A stretch of 62,583 nucleotides of DNA, the filler included, from Choristocarpus tenellus KU-1152 (Eukaryota > Protista > Phaeophyceae), in NCBI GenBank assembly GCA_964200185.2. It is 8 parts of 8 records of this genome, joined end to end, with 100 filler letters (N's around TTAATTAATTAA, not from the genome) between each part and the next. Parts side by side here need not be neighbours in the genome. Positions count along the whole stretch, not along the records: positions 1 to 6,492 come from CAXNAD020008007.1; positions 6,593 to 11,528 come from CAXNAD020012465.1; positions 11,629 to 31,599 come from CAXNAD020000426.1; 5 more parts are not named here. One strand, 5' to 3'. Below, one piece after another: positions 1-11,669 of this stretch. The notes beneath the pieces were generated by a model, which saw nothing but the letters and a program-made list of their open reading frames with translations, ran no database searches and was not told the origin of the DNA. The position numbers were made by a program, and so were the translations under genes. Within the stretch, counting starts at the first letter, position 1. Each line of letters opens with the position of its first letter.

Positions 1-62
1 GTTGTTTGACCGAAACGGACGTCCCCTCACAAACCACTCCCCCCCCCCAGATACTTCGACCC
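1..62 (-). mobile_element. Terminus (long-spacer end, poly-G TIR) of Sola2-like element family, inserted into a mariner transposase
   Basis: Reverse complement GGGTCGAAGTATCTG(n)AGTGGTTTGTGAGGGGACGTCCGTTTCGGTCAAACAAC matches the end at 36505-36570. It interrupts the mariner ORF right after ...EPGFF. Confidence 0.75.
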
Positions 63-1030
63 AAAGAATCCCGGTTCGTTCATGTTGAGCCCAAATGAGT
101 TGCCTGGCTGGGTCTCTGTAACAATTTCGTCCCCCATCGCCTCCTTAATTGCCTCCATGATTCCTCCCTTGGTGTGTGGCTTTGTCCTGTCCTGCTGCAC
201 AAAGATGATGTGTCCTTCCGGCCTACGCATACAGGTCTTGATTGCCAGGATGGCATCCTTGATCATGAGCTTCTTATAACTCTCCCCGTCCACCGTGACT
301 GGCACAAGCACCTTGGTGTCCTTGGGGCGGTGTTTACTGGAGCGCTGAGTGATCATAATTTCACCATTGGTCAGATCCCGATTTTCCTATCGAACCACAC
401 CTCGTTGGAGAGCTTCCTAGGGCTGTCCATAGCTGCAGGTAACATCACCTTCGTAAAGCAACGCTTATTCTGTGCCTGTGGGGATTTGGGGGGGCCTCGG
501 TGGGGTGCAGGTACACACCTTGCCTATCTTTGAGGATGCAAAACCACTTCTCGTCCACATGCATCCAGTCATATGGATCGTCCACTACTACCCCACTCCC
601 CCCCCCCTGTGAGTATAGCTAATGAAGAAACCCACCCTATTCGCTTTCTGCTGGTCTGAGAGAACTGGTTTAATCTACCTCTTGACCTTCTTCACCTTCT
701 CACGCTTCCAAATATCCCACAGTGAGGAAAGGGAGAACCCAACTTTGGCTGCCCATTTACGGAAGGATATGGGGTGTACCAATGGGACATCCCAAACGTC
801 ATCGTCGAGGATACTTGTACGATGGCCACATCGCTCCTTGCAACGTTGCAGAAGGTCCATGCATTCACCCAGTGCGATCTGGCTCCCATACTCCTTAAAA
901 AGATGGAACGATGTCATATGGGAAATTCTGAAGTTCCTCTGCGATGGGTGCCACTGTCCCCCGAGGAATCCGAGTCTCACACCCTTTCTCGCATCCAGGC
1001 ATTGCGCCACCACGCTGTTCTTCATCGGAA
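63..1030 (-). pseudogene. Tc1/mariner (DD39D plant/oomycete-type) transposase remnant
   Basis: Minus-strand motifs: HTH-like RKWAAKVGFSLSSLWDIWKREKV (ORF 675-1025), WMHVDEKWF (~541-567), FVQQDRTKPH and QPGNSFGLNMNEPGFF (ORF 27-356). These correspond to HIDEKWF / QQDNARPH / QPPNSPDLNVLDLGFF. Frameshifted. Confidence 0.85.
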
Positions 1031-2573
1031 TATTTGAGTCCTGACCCCAGACGAATTTCTAGGTCGAAGAGTTGGGACTGACGAGTGACGACGGGATGAG
1101 CGAGCTACTCGAACGGCTGGGGCCCTTTGTCCTAGGTATCTCAAGAAATACCTGCTTTGACAGTTTCACAAGTTTTTGAACCCTGTCAAATGCGACTCGA
1201 CCGACTTTGCAATGGTAATCCTCCACAGTCACGGCAGTCCACCATCTCAAACTTTGCACGCCTCCCAATCTCTATGATAACTAAGCTTTTTCAAAGGGTT
1301 TATCATGTGGATCATTTCCGGGGGAGAACAGAGTTTACAAATGTTATGTTACATTTAATTCCGAACGGGGGAAGTAGTGTATTATCGCTGTAAATGCTTA
1401 CTTCGAAGTATAATGGAACTTCGTATTTCACTCCCCCACATCTTAGATACACCTTTTTGTCCGGAAAATTGCTTTTTGGGAAAGTCACTCTACTCCTGCT
1501 ACTCAAAGTAGATCGCAAGAAGGTATAGCAGATAGGCATGAACATATCATCGGATATTTATCTTATCGTCTCCTGTGAGGTATACTCTGATTGAGAGGTA
1601 GGGAGGTCTGAAACCTTCTCAGAACTGCATTCTAAGCCATCTTCTTGCCCTGTGAAATGCACTCTATGTCATTGGTTTAGGTTCAAAGTAATGTACGCAA
1701 AATAATATATTCCCCCTTTCCAGATACAAATGGGACACTATCATTAAGCAAATGCTCTTTCTGCAATTGTACAAAATGACGTCTTTTTGCCACTTCTTGG
1801 GATCCTGAAATGCAACCTTGCCTACCCCTCATTTGGTTTGATCCCATAATTTTTTGGTATTCATTAACACAATAGTATTACTATGACTATCTTGATTGTC
1901 TCTACTATCTAAATTGATAATCCATCAAACAAAAAAATATATTTCTTAAGGGGTTTTACTCCATCGGGGATCGATGTACAGAAAGGCCCAGAAGTAGTAT
2001 AATATCACCGAGCTGGTCCAGAAATTCCTTGTATAAATCACAATTTTGTTTTAATGTTTGAAGGGCTACTATCCAAGAACAGGGCTGCTTTTCGCAGGGA
2101 CCCAAATGTTCTGCCAAGTCTGACCATGATGATACCATCATGGAATCAAGATCCTACTGCGAATTCGCATCCAAAGAAAAAGCAATGCTCAATAAATATA
2201 TTTACATGTTAGTAAGGGCAAAAACATTAAGTTGTAAATATATATACTTCGAGGTATGTAAGAAGGGTGATCTCAAGCAATTAACTTCTGAGTAAGTGCT
2301 TGGACCAGATGCAGTTCGGGGGGATCTGTAATGTGACTTTGGCCACAGGGTTCAAGATTCCGATTTAGTGATCCCTGACCTTCACTCACTCTTTGCCGCC
2401 TCCTCTTGGTTCTATCCCTTACCACTACATTGCGCTACTTTGAAACATACTTAGGAAGGGTAAGAGTTGTGGCAATAAAGTGGTGATAATGTGTTGAGAG
2501 TGCTCCGCCTGTGGCATCTATTTGAGTTGGGGATGAGAAAAACACACTTCGAGGAGAGTATAGTTTGTGTTGT

Positions 2574-2831
2574 GCGTGGAAGTATCTTCGAGGGTAGGAG
2601 TTTTGCCCTGTTTGTCCATTTGGTGCTTGGCTTCCCACATTTTTTTAATGACATTTTCCTACTCCAAAATATTTAGGAGTAGTTAAAACGTTTATGCTAT
2701 GAAAAGGTGTGTCCGGAACAAGGATATTGACACTTCCTAACAAACATGATAACCAAAATTACATCAAAATCGCAACATTGGATTTTGGCCCCCAAACGGA
2801 CACGCCTCTGCCGTCTAAGATACTTTGACTC
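2574..2831 (+). mobile_element. MITE family A (~258 bp)
   Basis: TIRs GCGTGGAAGTATCTTCGAGGGT / CCGTCTAAGATACTTTGACTC; 4-bp TSD TTGT. Confidence 0.9.
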
Positions 2832-2965
2832 TTGTATGAATTGAGTCATCATGGCATTCATGATTTTGCTTGACAGCAGGTCAGAAGTGAGGGAACCTGT
2901 CACAGAAAAAGAAACCTTGAATTTCGTCCATGCTGGTGGTTGACCTTGAAACTGTGAGTACTCTA

Positions 2966-3208
2966 GGCACAAAGTAAGCGAGAGTTGCATTTGAAGGATG
3001 TTGACAAAATGTGCAAAAATCGCTTTTTTCCAGTGTGTGTAAGAAATTTTCTGCATTGTGTTGGAAAAGTAAAAAAAATAGAGAAATGAAAGCTCTCACG
3101 TCAAAATTAGAGATCTATCAATAGAAAAATGGGTGAAAAGATAAAAAAAAAAACAGACTTGAAATGCAAATCGGTAAGATCCTGGGTACCTCTCGCTTAC
3201 TTTGGCTC
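2966..3208. mobile_element. MITE family C (~245 bp)
   Basis: TIRs GGCACAAAGTAAGCGAGAG / CTCTCGCTTACTTTGGCTC; homologous to 18495-18733 and 59573-59829. No clear TSD. Confidence 0.75.
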
Positions 3209-3399
3209 TGAGCTGTTTATGTTGGTACTGAATATGTGAGATGTCTAAGGCAGTGTAGGGTAGTAGATGGTGTGCAAGTCACTAGCCATTATGTGTTCAT
3301 CACCAGGGATGATAGGTCTTTGGCATGTGTGATAGTGGTACTTTTTCGGTTGAAGTTTAATGTGTGTCTTTGACTGTGTGAGGAATGGAAAATGGGGTA

Positions 3400-5806
3400 G
3401 TTCGACATGCACTCATTTGTAGGTAATCAACAAAGTGGAGAGGGCAACTACCCAATACGTGCCCGACACATAATACTGTGTTGTAAGAGGTTGATCATTG
3501 TTCCTGTACCTGAATTCCATACCTGTACTGGTTTGCTTGATTCGATTCCTTATCAATTACCAAAGGCTCTCATTCAGTCTTCAAATGTCCACGCATTCTG
3601 GTGTGTTTGTCTGCCACAGTCAAAATGTTCTTGAGATATGTTTGCACAAGTGATCATACAACCCGATGATCTAGTACCTTACAAGTATCACAAAAAACGC
3701 AGCATTTACTGAACAACAGTAGTTACGCAGCAAAAGTATATTTGAGTGTTTGCTGGAACAAGAGAGAAACGTTACAGAACGGGCTCCACCGTTTCCTAAA
3801 AAATAGATTAATGTTAAAGAGTAGATGGCTCTGAGGGCTTGTCTTCGACAATGAACGTTACAGAGTAGTATGTGGTCCCAAGCGTCGTCTAACACAATAA
3901 ATGGTACCGAGCAAGTGACCTTGAGCGTTTGGCATCTAACAGGCATTGCAGGCCGAATGAAAATTAATTGAGTCAAGTGACCGAGAGGGTAGTAGTGAGT
4001 GTCAACTGTTCCTCAGAATTTCTGGACGTGCATGTTCACAGTCCTCAGGTGTTTATTGCCATGTTACATACAAGTAATAAGCCAAAGTATCTGGTTGTGT
4101 GTGTGATTTGCACTGGGGCGTCCGTTTTGACCCTGACGAGGTGGTTAAATTCGTGGAATTTCTGTCTTCAGTCGTGGAGGATTTGTTCGCTCTTGATGCT
4201 ATGTGGCATAGAATGTATTTAGGACCTGTGCTTGCCGCTTGGATCCTTGTAGACTGTGTGATTATGAGTTCGGAAAGCCGCCCTGACGTTCAATTTTTGT
4301 TAGTGTTAGGCGATTAGAGCCATTCCGCCGTGGGTTAGAAGAGTGTTTAACTTTAGTAAACATTTCGCCTAGCGCTTTTATAGCTGGTATATTAGGTATG
4401 AGAGGGTGTTCTGTCTGTGATAGCTTTGCCAACTGTCTACGAATGACCCATGTAACGGATAAACGCAAAGAAGTCTTAGATCCGATGTCTCGGTTCCATG
4501 AACTCAAGGGTGTATCAAGAACGATACCAGTAAGTACAAGAGAAGAAAGGCAGGAAATATAATTCCGCCAAAAATCCGTGTTATCGGGCAAAGAAAAGCG
4601 TGCATACGAGGACATATGTGTACATGAACGATGGTCTAATATTTTCTTTCGAATGGAATAAATGTAAGAAATCTCTTGCATTTAACGAAATCCGACCTCT
4701 CCAACGTACGATGTCCGTGGAGGCATGTACCGCATTGTTCCAGAACAGGTGGTTCCTGGATAGGAACGGCTTAGGTAGCTCCTGAAAGTTGTGTCTCTCC
4801 TAACATTACAGCGATGTGGGACTTGTCCAGAACCAGGCCTGCGCGGGAACGTCTTGTTCTGTACTGTATCGTTCTGGAAGAAGCTGGATATTGCGCAACT
4901 CGCCATTCTCCCATTTAACCTCGTAAGGGTAGCTGACCCGCTCCTCTCCAACTCTCACCGTGTAGTGGGGTTGGTACTTGGTCACAGCCCCTCGCATTCA
5001 ACGATCGTCCCATCTGAAGTACAGCCCCCTGCCTTTCGCACTGCATATAGCGTTTCCCTCTCATCTAAATCAGGCACAGCCCTCAGTGACGGTTCCAGGA
5101 GGATGTATCTCTGGATATCCTCCTCCTCGTTCCTACGCTTCTCCTGACTGACACGCTGGGCTGCTGCAGGCCCATTAACATTGTCCCTCTGCTTCCTCTC
5201 CCGAAGTTGTTGGACTCCCTCCTCGATTTCGTCCTCTGTCTTGTAGAGCTCAGGGGGAAAAGAGTCTTCGCCATCGTCAGGAAGGTAGGAAACAGAGTGC
5301 ATGTATGCCCCCGAATCGTCAAGGTGAACATCATGGACCTCCCCCTGTACGATAACCCCTCCTCCCACGTATAAGACAAAGTATGTGCCTCGGCCGAACC
5401 TTGCATGGGATGTGTTCCCAAGTCGGAGTTGCCTTGATAAGCGAGCAGGTACTCCACCGAGTGATTGTCGGTTGGACTCTGAAGTGAACCTCTGGTATTG
5501 TCCAGGCAGGATTGTGAACGAGTTGTCCAGGTCGTTGTGGTGAAAGTCTGTCAAGTCAGGTATGATGACAGCCTCAAGGGGCACCACACGGGGACTCTGT
5601 TGTGCGTGCTGTAACGCCACCAAGATATTTGTTGTTAGGGTGGGGTTGATGGGGAGGCAGCTGTTAGCATGTTTGCGCAAAAGATGGCGTTGTGTTTTGC
5701 ACGCTGCTATTGTTTGGATTGTTGGAGAAGAAGTGATATTATATACAAGATATATTTTGGAAGTGAAAGGAAGGTATGGGAAAGGTTGTATGGTTCGAAC
5801 ATTCAT
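3400..5806 (-). pseudogene. Decayed TE-like gene with Tudor-like segments
   Basis: 274-aa ORF 4982-5806 plus frameshifted continuation 4806-4997. Two GxV...YxVxY/W-D/E-G segments resemble Tudor folds. Downstream ORFs are broken by stops. Confidence 0.35.
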
Positions 5807-5917
5807 TTCCGTAATTACAAGAAGGTTCTCGATTGTGGTAGAAATGTAGAAGAAACGAATTGAAACAAAGAAATTATACTTAGAGTAGCTGTTTTACGTA
5901 AACTCGTTCAATATATA

Positions 5918-6324
5918 TGTGGAAGTGTCAAAGGTGCCAAGTTCTCTGCTCAAGGGGGCAATTACAATCACCGGAATTAAACTCCTTCACCTCAGAGGGT
6001 GGGACCGAGTTTCAAGGTCTTGGCTCTAATCTCAGAACAGATCAGTAAATCCAGAACAGGACCCTTTCAGAACACGATAGATGTTCCAGAATGACTGAGC
6101 AACGTCACAGCAAAGAAATGGATTTGTCAGAATCGGAATGGTTCATCGTTCTGAGGGTCCATTTTGACTGTTTGGTCAAATTCGGATCTCATGGGTCTGA
6201 TTGTTTCTTTGGACTGGTCGGTATGAATGAGCTCAAATGACGTGGTTGGCGCGCGCAATTGTATATGATCGCGCGTCTTATACATAACGTGTGTGTCGGA
6301 GAAAAAAGGAACCTGTCCCTGACA
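5918..6324 (-). mobile_element. LTR-like repeat (TGT...ACA), inverted homologue of 27523-27935
   Basis: ~410-bp homology to 27523-27935. Preceded on the minus strand by purine-rich GGGCGGAGGCAA (PPT-like). No TSD, so possibly the 3' LTR of an element running into the gap. Confidence 0.6.
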
Positions 6325-6924
6325 TTGCCTCCGCCCAGTGTGGATTCTATTCGACACAAACAAAAAAGTGGCTGGCCAGCACTTCATGTCGGACAGGTCC
6401 ATCTTTGGGAGGAAAAAATAAACAAACGAAACATCCTGGTTGTATCAACTCAGGGTAGGTACACAAAAGGTGGAGCACTAGTGGTGATGAGCNNNNNNNN
6501 NNNNNNNNNNNNNNNNNNNNNNNNNNNNNNNNNNNNTTAATTAATTAANNNNNNNNNNNNNNNNNNNNNNNNNNNNNNNNNNNNNNNNNNNNCTTGTCCT
6601 GTGCCCCCAGCCAACCAGAATTCTCCCGCCCACAAAACTCAGTTTACTTCATAAACTCTCACTCTTGCTCCACGGAACTAGCTTCTAATATGGAAATCGT
6701 AGGAAATGTCATATTTTCTTTCATGTTTGGGATAAACAGGATACGCAATATGTCACATCTCAAAGGAGTATATTGGTAGAAGGCATATTTTTCGTACGTG
6801 CAGGTGGCTTTGACCGGACTAATAGTGCAAGATATCCTGTATGAGCTCTCTGTTAGTATAGATAGGATGGACATGGAACAGAAAAACCTAAACTGAAAAC
6901 TAAAAAAATTATGTAGAAATCTTC

Positions 6925-7320
6925 ATCTTACAGGGTACGAATTTTGCCCTGTTTGTCCATTTGGGGCTTGGCTTCCCACGGGTTATTTATGACATTTTAC
7001 CTACTCCGAAACATTTCAGAGTAGGCAAAATGTATACGTTATGAAAAGGTGTGTTAGTAACAAGGATGTTGATACATCCTAACAAACACAAAGCTAAGAT
7101 TACATCAAAATCGCAATATTGGATTTTGATATAATTTTGACCATCGTGTTAGTTAGGAAGTGTCAATATCTACGTTTCGGACACACGTTTTCATATTGTA
7201 TACATTTTACCTACTCCTAAACATTTTGGAGTAGGAAAATGTAATTAAAAAAATCGTGAGATGCCAAGCCCCAAATGGACAAACAGGGCAAAACGCTTAC
7301 CCTCTAAGATACTTTCACTC
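6925..7320. mobile_element. Two MITE-A halves fused in inverted orientation (~395-bp palindrome)
   Basis: Forward copy 6925-~7130 joined to a reverse copy ending ...GATACTTTCACTC at 7320. Confidence 0.85.
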
Positions 7321-8263
7321 GGATGTCGGGACAAAGGATCGTCACGGACAGTTCTATATATAGGGACCTTATGTTTCTGGTGTGCGTTTGTTTCTGGGGT
7401 GACGAGAACTCCTCTACACAAATGGACTTAAGAAGGTATGTAATGGACTTATAATTGCATTCGTTTGGATTTTTTTTTGTTATGCACTACACACACATTT
7501 CCGAAGCGTGTATATGCAACTCGAATTCTTCCCCTCCACCATCATACCATTGTCAGATGTAGCGCAGAGTATCTTCGGCAAACTCTGAAATTTCTTTCCC
7601 GTTTCATATTGTTTCTTGAACTGCATATCGATACACCATCACACTTACGACTATAACCAATCTGAACTACAAGTTTTTTTTCTTCATTCCTAAAGTAACA
7701 AATAATTCATTGTTCCTCTATCATCTGTCCTTCTATCATGTTGTGATAAACAAAAAAAACACTTCATTGCCTTCATCTTTAACGCTGTTGTTGAGGGCAT
7801 CACCCTTCGAGCATTGGACGATTGCCACGAAGACATCACCCTTCTCCACATTCCTCAACAGTAAAATCCTCCCCACCTTCCAAAATATAGGGGTTGGGTG
7901 GACGTTCTAAGTGAAAAGGGGGTTGTTGTGATTCGAATGGAGTTAGAGTTGTAAGTAAGTCTGGGTATGTTTCGAGTCAAAGGAGGAGACTAACTGTGTT
8001 TAGAGTCGATTAAGAATGGCAACACACAAGAAAGACGAGAGGGCAAACCGCGAACACTTACACAAGTGCCTAATCTGATAGGATATAAGGTGCCTTAGGG
8101 TTTTCCTTGGTGGTGCTTGTGTTCGAAGGGAATTACGCGTGAGCGTCGATTCCGAGCCCATCTTTCTCCTTCAGCTCATTCATGAAAAGCACTGCGACCT
8201 CGAGGACGGCCTCATTTATGAAAACATCTTTGAGGTGCATCCTCCTTAAATGTGCCACCCTCA

Positions 8264-8524
8264 GAGTGAAAGTATCTTAGAGGGGTACGAGTTTTTCCCT
8301 GTGTGTCCATTTGGGGCTTGGCTTCCCATGGGTTCTTTTATTACACTTTTTCTACTCCAAAATGTTTAGGAGTAGGAAAGTGAATATGTTCTGAAAGGTG
8401 TACCCTGAACATGGATATTGATACTTTCTAATAAAAACTATAGCCAAAATTGCGTCAAAATCGCAACATTGGATATTGGCCCCAAAATGGACACGACTCT
8501 CTACCCTCTAAGATACTTTGGCTC
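8264..8524 (+). mobile_element. MITE family A
   Basis: GAGTGAAAGTATCTTAGAGGG...CCCTCTAAGATACTTTGGCTC; TSD TCA. Confidence 0.92.
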
Positions 8525-8807
8525 TCATTTTTTCGTGTCCAATCGAAGGTCTCTCGGTTCTTCACCATCGATATTGTTCTTCTCTGTTTCCACGTCGTGC
8601 ATCCTTTTTTTCTTGCCCTTCAATGCGATTTTCTTGAGTTTGGTATGGTCGTTGTCGCGCTTTTTGTTTTGTACCCCCCTTAATGTCTTCGAGACTACTG
8701 CAGAGGGGAAGTACATGGGGAGTGGTCAAGGACGTAAGTTGTATGTTGTGAGTGTGTTAAGTCATAGTACATAAATAGTTCGGACGGTAGAGTGAGAAGC
8801 GATCTGA

Positions 8808-9065
8808 GAGCGAAATTATCTTAGACGGTAGAGCCGCGTCCATTTGGTGACCAAAATTCAATGTAGCGATTTTGATGTATTTTTGGCTATTGTATTTGTT
8901 GGGAAGTGTCAATATCCATGTTCTGGACAAAAAAAATCATAATGTATACATTATACCTACTCCTAAACATTTTGGAGGAGGAAAATGTAAGAAAAAAACT
9001 ATGGGAAACCAAGCCCCAAATGGACAAACAGGGCAAACCTTGTACCCTCTAAGATACTTTCACTC
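8808..9065 (-). mobile_element. MITE family A
   Basis: GAGCGAAATTATCTTAGACGGT...ACCCTCTAAGATACTTTCACTC; TSD TGA. Confidence 0.92.
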
Positions 9066-9389
9066 TGATCGTTCCTACCCCAGGCATTTGTGCAGAGGGT
9101 TAGACGATTCCAATGAAAATCGGGACTCATCCATTCTTCTGGGAAGATCTCAGTCCTGAAAACATACTACAGGGAGAGCGTGTCACATGCCAATTTACTA
9201 GCTCCCTCCTAGGAAAAGACATGCGCAGCTGCTTCTACGATGTCCTTCCATTCACGGCCTTGAGGAGTGTCCTCTCCAAGGATAGAAGGGCCTTCTCCAG
9301 CTAAGACATCTTTTCACATTCGTGTAAAGTATTGCATCCTTATCTCCTTCTGAATCTATGCAGAAGGAGGGACGAGGATAATCTGTTTT

Positions 9390-10714
9390 GGGTCAAAGCA
9401 TCTCTGGGGGGAGGTGCTGGCGTCTGTTTTTGACCCTTTCTTCGATTTTCCCATTTTGGTGTGATTTGGTTGCGCGTGTGTCGGTTTTTTAATGTGGGGG
9501 GGGAAAAGAGTGCTGTTGGTTAGGGTCAGTTCTGTCCTGGCGTACGCAAGAGGAATGGGAAAGTATGCCACCATATTTTCGGGTTGATATGGAGTTTCAA
9601 CGTTTACATGTGGCGGATTTTGAATGTGTTCAAATAGGGTTATTGTTTGGGGTATGTTGGTCCTATAGTTCGCATGAAGAATGAAAAATATGCCATTGTT
9701 TGTTTTAGGGTTAGATCAATGTTTGTTTGGTTGTTTGAGTGGGATTTGATATGTGGACTAAGAGGGCTATTGGTTGAGGTCTGTTGTCCCAGTGCTTGCA
9801 GGAAGAAGGGTAAAACATAAAAGTTTTTTTTTTTTTTTTAAAGGTTAGCTATTGTGTCTTTGGTTGCATGAGTTGGATTTGGTATGTACACAAAGAGAGC
9901 TTCCAGTTAGGGTCTGTTGTCCCCCAGTGTTTGCATGAGGAATTAAAAAATATACCATGAACTGTTTTGAGGTTATTTTTCGTTTATTTGCTTGCATGTG
10001 TCGTATTTGGTATGTACACAAAGAGGGCTGCCGATTAGGGTTTGTATCCCAGTGTTTGCACGAGGAATTAAAAAATACATCATGAACTGTTTTGAGGTTA
10101 GATTTTTCGTTTGTTTCTTTGCATGAGTCGTATTTGGATGTACACAAGCAGGGTTGTCGGTTAGGGTCTGTTATCCCAGTGTTGGCATGAAGAAAGGAAA
10201 AATGTTTCATCCTTTGCTTTCGGGTTAGTGCAGTGTTTCTTTGATAGCATGTGTCGTCGGATTTTGAATGTTTCAGACAGGGTTATTGGTCAGGGTCTGT
10301 TGTCTTATGTTTCGCGTGAAGAATGTTAAAATATACCGTCCTTGGCTTGGGGTTAGGTTTAGTGGGTTGATTAAACCCTGATGAGCTAGGGTTAGGGTTA
10401 GGTGAGGAAGGTCGACCATGGCACTGGTACGTAATTTGGGTAAGACGCATGTCGACTTTAGGCTGCCATAAGATGCAGATGGACTCAGTGTAAGGGTCAG
10501 GGTAAGGTTATGGCTAGTGTTGGTGTGCAGGGGTGGCGATCCAGGCCATTCGTTGAGTTCATAGTATGTGTTTGTGCTAGGCTCAGGGTTAGTGTTGTGG
10601 TTAGGAGTATCGGATGTGGACTTCGGGAAATGTTCTTTGGAGATTAGAAGGAAGACGAAATCGGCCCTCGTTTGTCGACACTTGGGCAAAGCATGAAATG
10701 GTGCATGGAGTAAG
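9390..10714 (+). mobile_element. Short-spacer terminus and subterminal repeat region of a Sola2-like sibling element
   Basis: GGGTCAAAGCATCTCTGGGGGGAGGTGCTGGCGTCTGTTTTTG... aligns with the reverse complement of 44300-44453. Confidence 0.7.
9770..10330 (+). repeat. Subterminal tandem repeat, period ~127-133 bp, about 5 copies
   Basis: GTTAGGGTCTGTTGTCCCAGTGTTTGCATGAGGAATTAAAAAA-like motif at ~9773, 9906, 10033, 10160 and 10289. Confidence 0.85.
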
Positions 10715-11166
10715 AAGTGAGAGTATCTTAGAGGGTGCGAATTTTGCCCTGTTCGTCCATTTGGGGCTTGGCTTCCCAGGGGTTTTTCATAAGTTTTCTT
10801 CCTCCAAAATATTTCGGAGTAGGTAAAATGTGTATGATGAGTTAAAGTATCTTAGAGGGTACGAGTTTTGCCCTGTTTGTCCGTTTGGGGCTTGGCTTCC
10901 CAAGGTTTTCTAAATGACATTTTCCCATTCCGAAATGTTTCAGAATACATAAGATGTTTACGTTTTGGACTAGGTATCATGTGTATGTCTGGAACAAGGA
11001 TATATTGGCACTTCCTAACAAACACGATGTTAGGAAGTGCCAATATATCCTTGTTCCGAACACACCTCTTCGTAACAAACACAATCGACAAAATTACATC
11101 AAAATCGTAACATTGGATTTTGACCTCGAAACGGACGCGGCTCTACCGTCTAAGATACTTTGTCTC
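10715..11166 (+). mobile_element. Composite MITE-A (5'-half copy 10715-10838 plus rearranged copy 10839-11166)
   Basis: Two successive left TIRs and one right TIR; internal 30-bp perfect inverted duplication at 10991-11057. Confidence 0.85.
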
Positions 11167-11439
11167 TAATGAGAAGAAGGGGGAGCTAGGTAGGTTAAGG
11201 GAATAGTTAGGGGCTCGTAAGAAGATAAGGTATCTATTGCCGGCCTTGGCGAAGCGTTTGGAAACTTAGGCGAAAAGAACGAGAAGAGTTGCTTATAAAA
11301 TGTTACATATTTTAGCAGTCTGAACCTGGGATTGGACACACTTTGTTAAACAAAAAATAGCATAAGTCTACCCCTCAAGATGAGTATCATATACGATGCA
11401 CTGACACCTCTGACTGGTCCGCATGTATCTGATACCACC

Positions 11440-11669
11440 GTGGAAATGTGTACATGGGATGGATAATGTAAGTGCACTTTTGCTGGTTATGATGACCCAA
11501 ATGGACACCCTGGTGTAGACCCCCCCCCNNNNNNNNNNNNNNNNNNNNNNNNNNNNNNNNNNNNNNNNNNNNTTAATTAATTAANNNNNNNNNNNNNNNN
11601 NNNNNNNNNNNNNNNNNNNNNNNNNNNNCCCTGGTGTAGACCCCCCTCCCCCCCCAGATACTTTGGGTC
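11440..11669 (-). mobile_element. MITE family B (poly-G/C TIR), spans an assembly gap
   Basis: Ends CCCCCAGATACTTTGGGTC; internal CCCAAATGGACACCCTGGTGTAGA shared with 31362-31550 and 47680-47840. Confidence 0.75.

Larger units (their letters stand above)
7350..9389 (-). pseudogene. Decayed TE-like ORF with weak Ulp1/C48-peptidase-like motifs, interrupted by two MITEs
   Basis: Lys-rich ORF 8525-8716 continues past the MITE (with a frameshift) as ...LRRMHLKDVFINEAVLEVAVLFMNEL, resembling LxxLxxxxWLNDEVI. An NPNEC segment lies near 7455-7470. Confidence 0.3.

Noticed and set aside
2435-2676. Recurrent small ORFs such as MGSQAPNGQTGKNSYPLRYFH
   Set aside because: Chance translations of MITE-A; lengths and frames vary between copies.
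6493-6592. TTAATTAATTAA flanked by N runs (also 11529, 31600, 36579, 44690, 47841, 50556)
   Set aside because: Identical 100-bp scaffolding linker with stops in all frames; an assembly artefact.
9770-10330. CRISPR-like repeat array
   Set aside because: Whole units are homologous with no unique spacers, there are no cas genes, and the context is eukaryotic.
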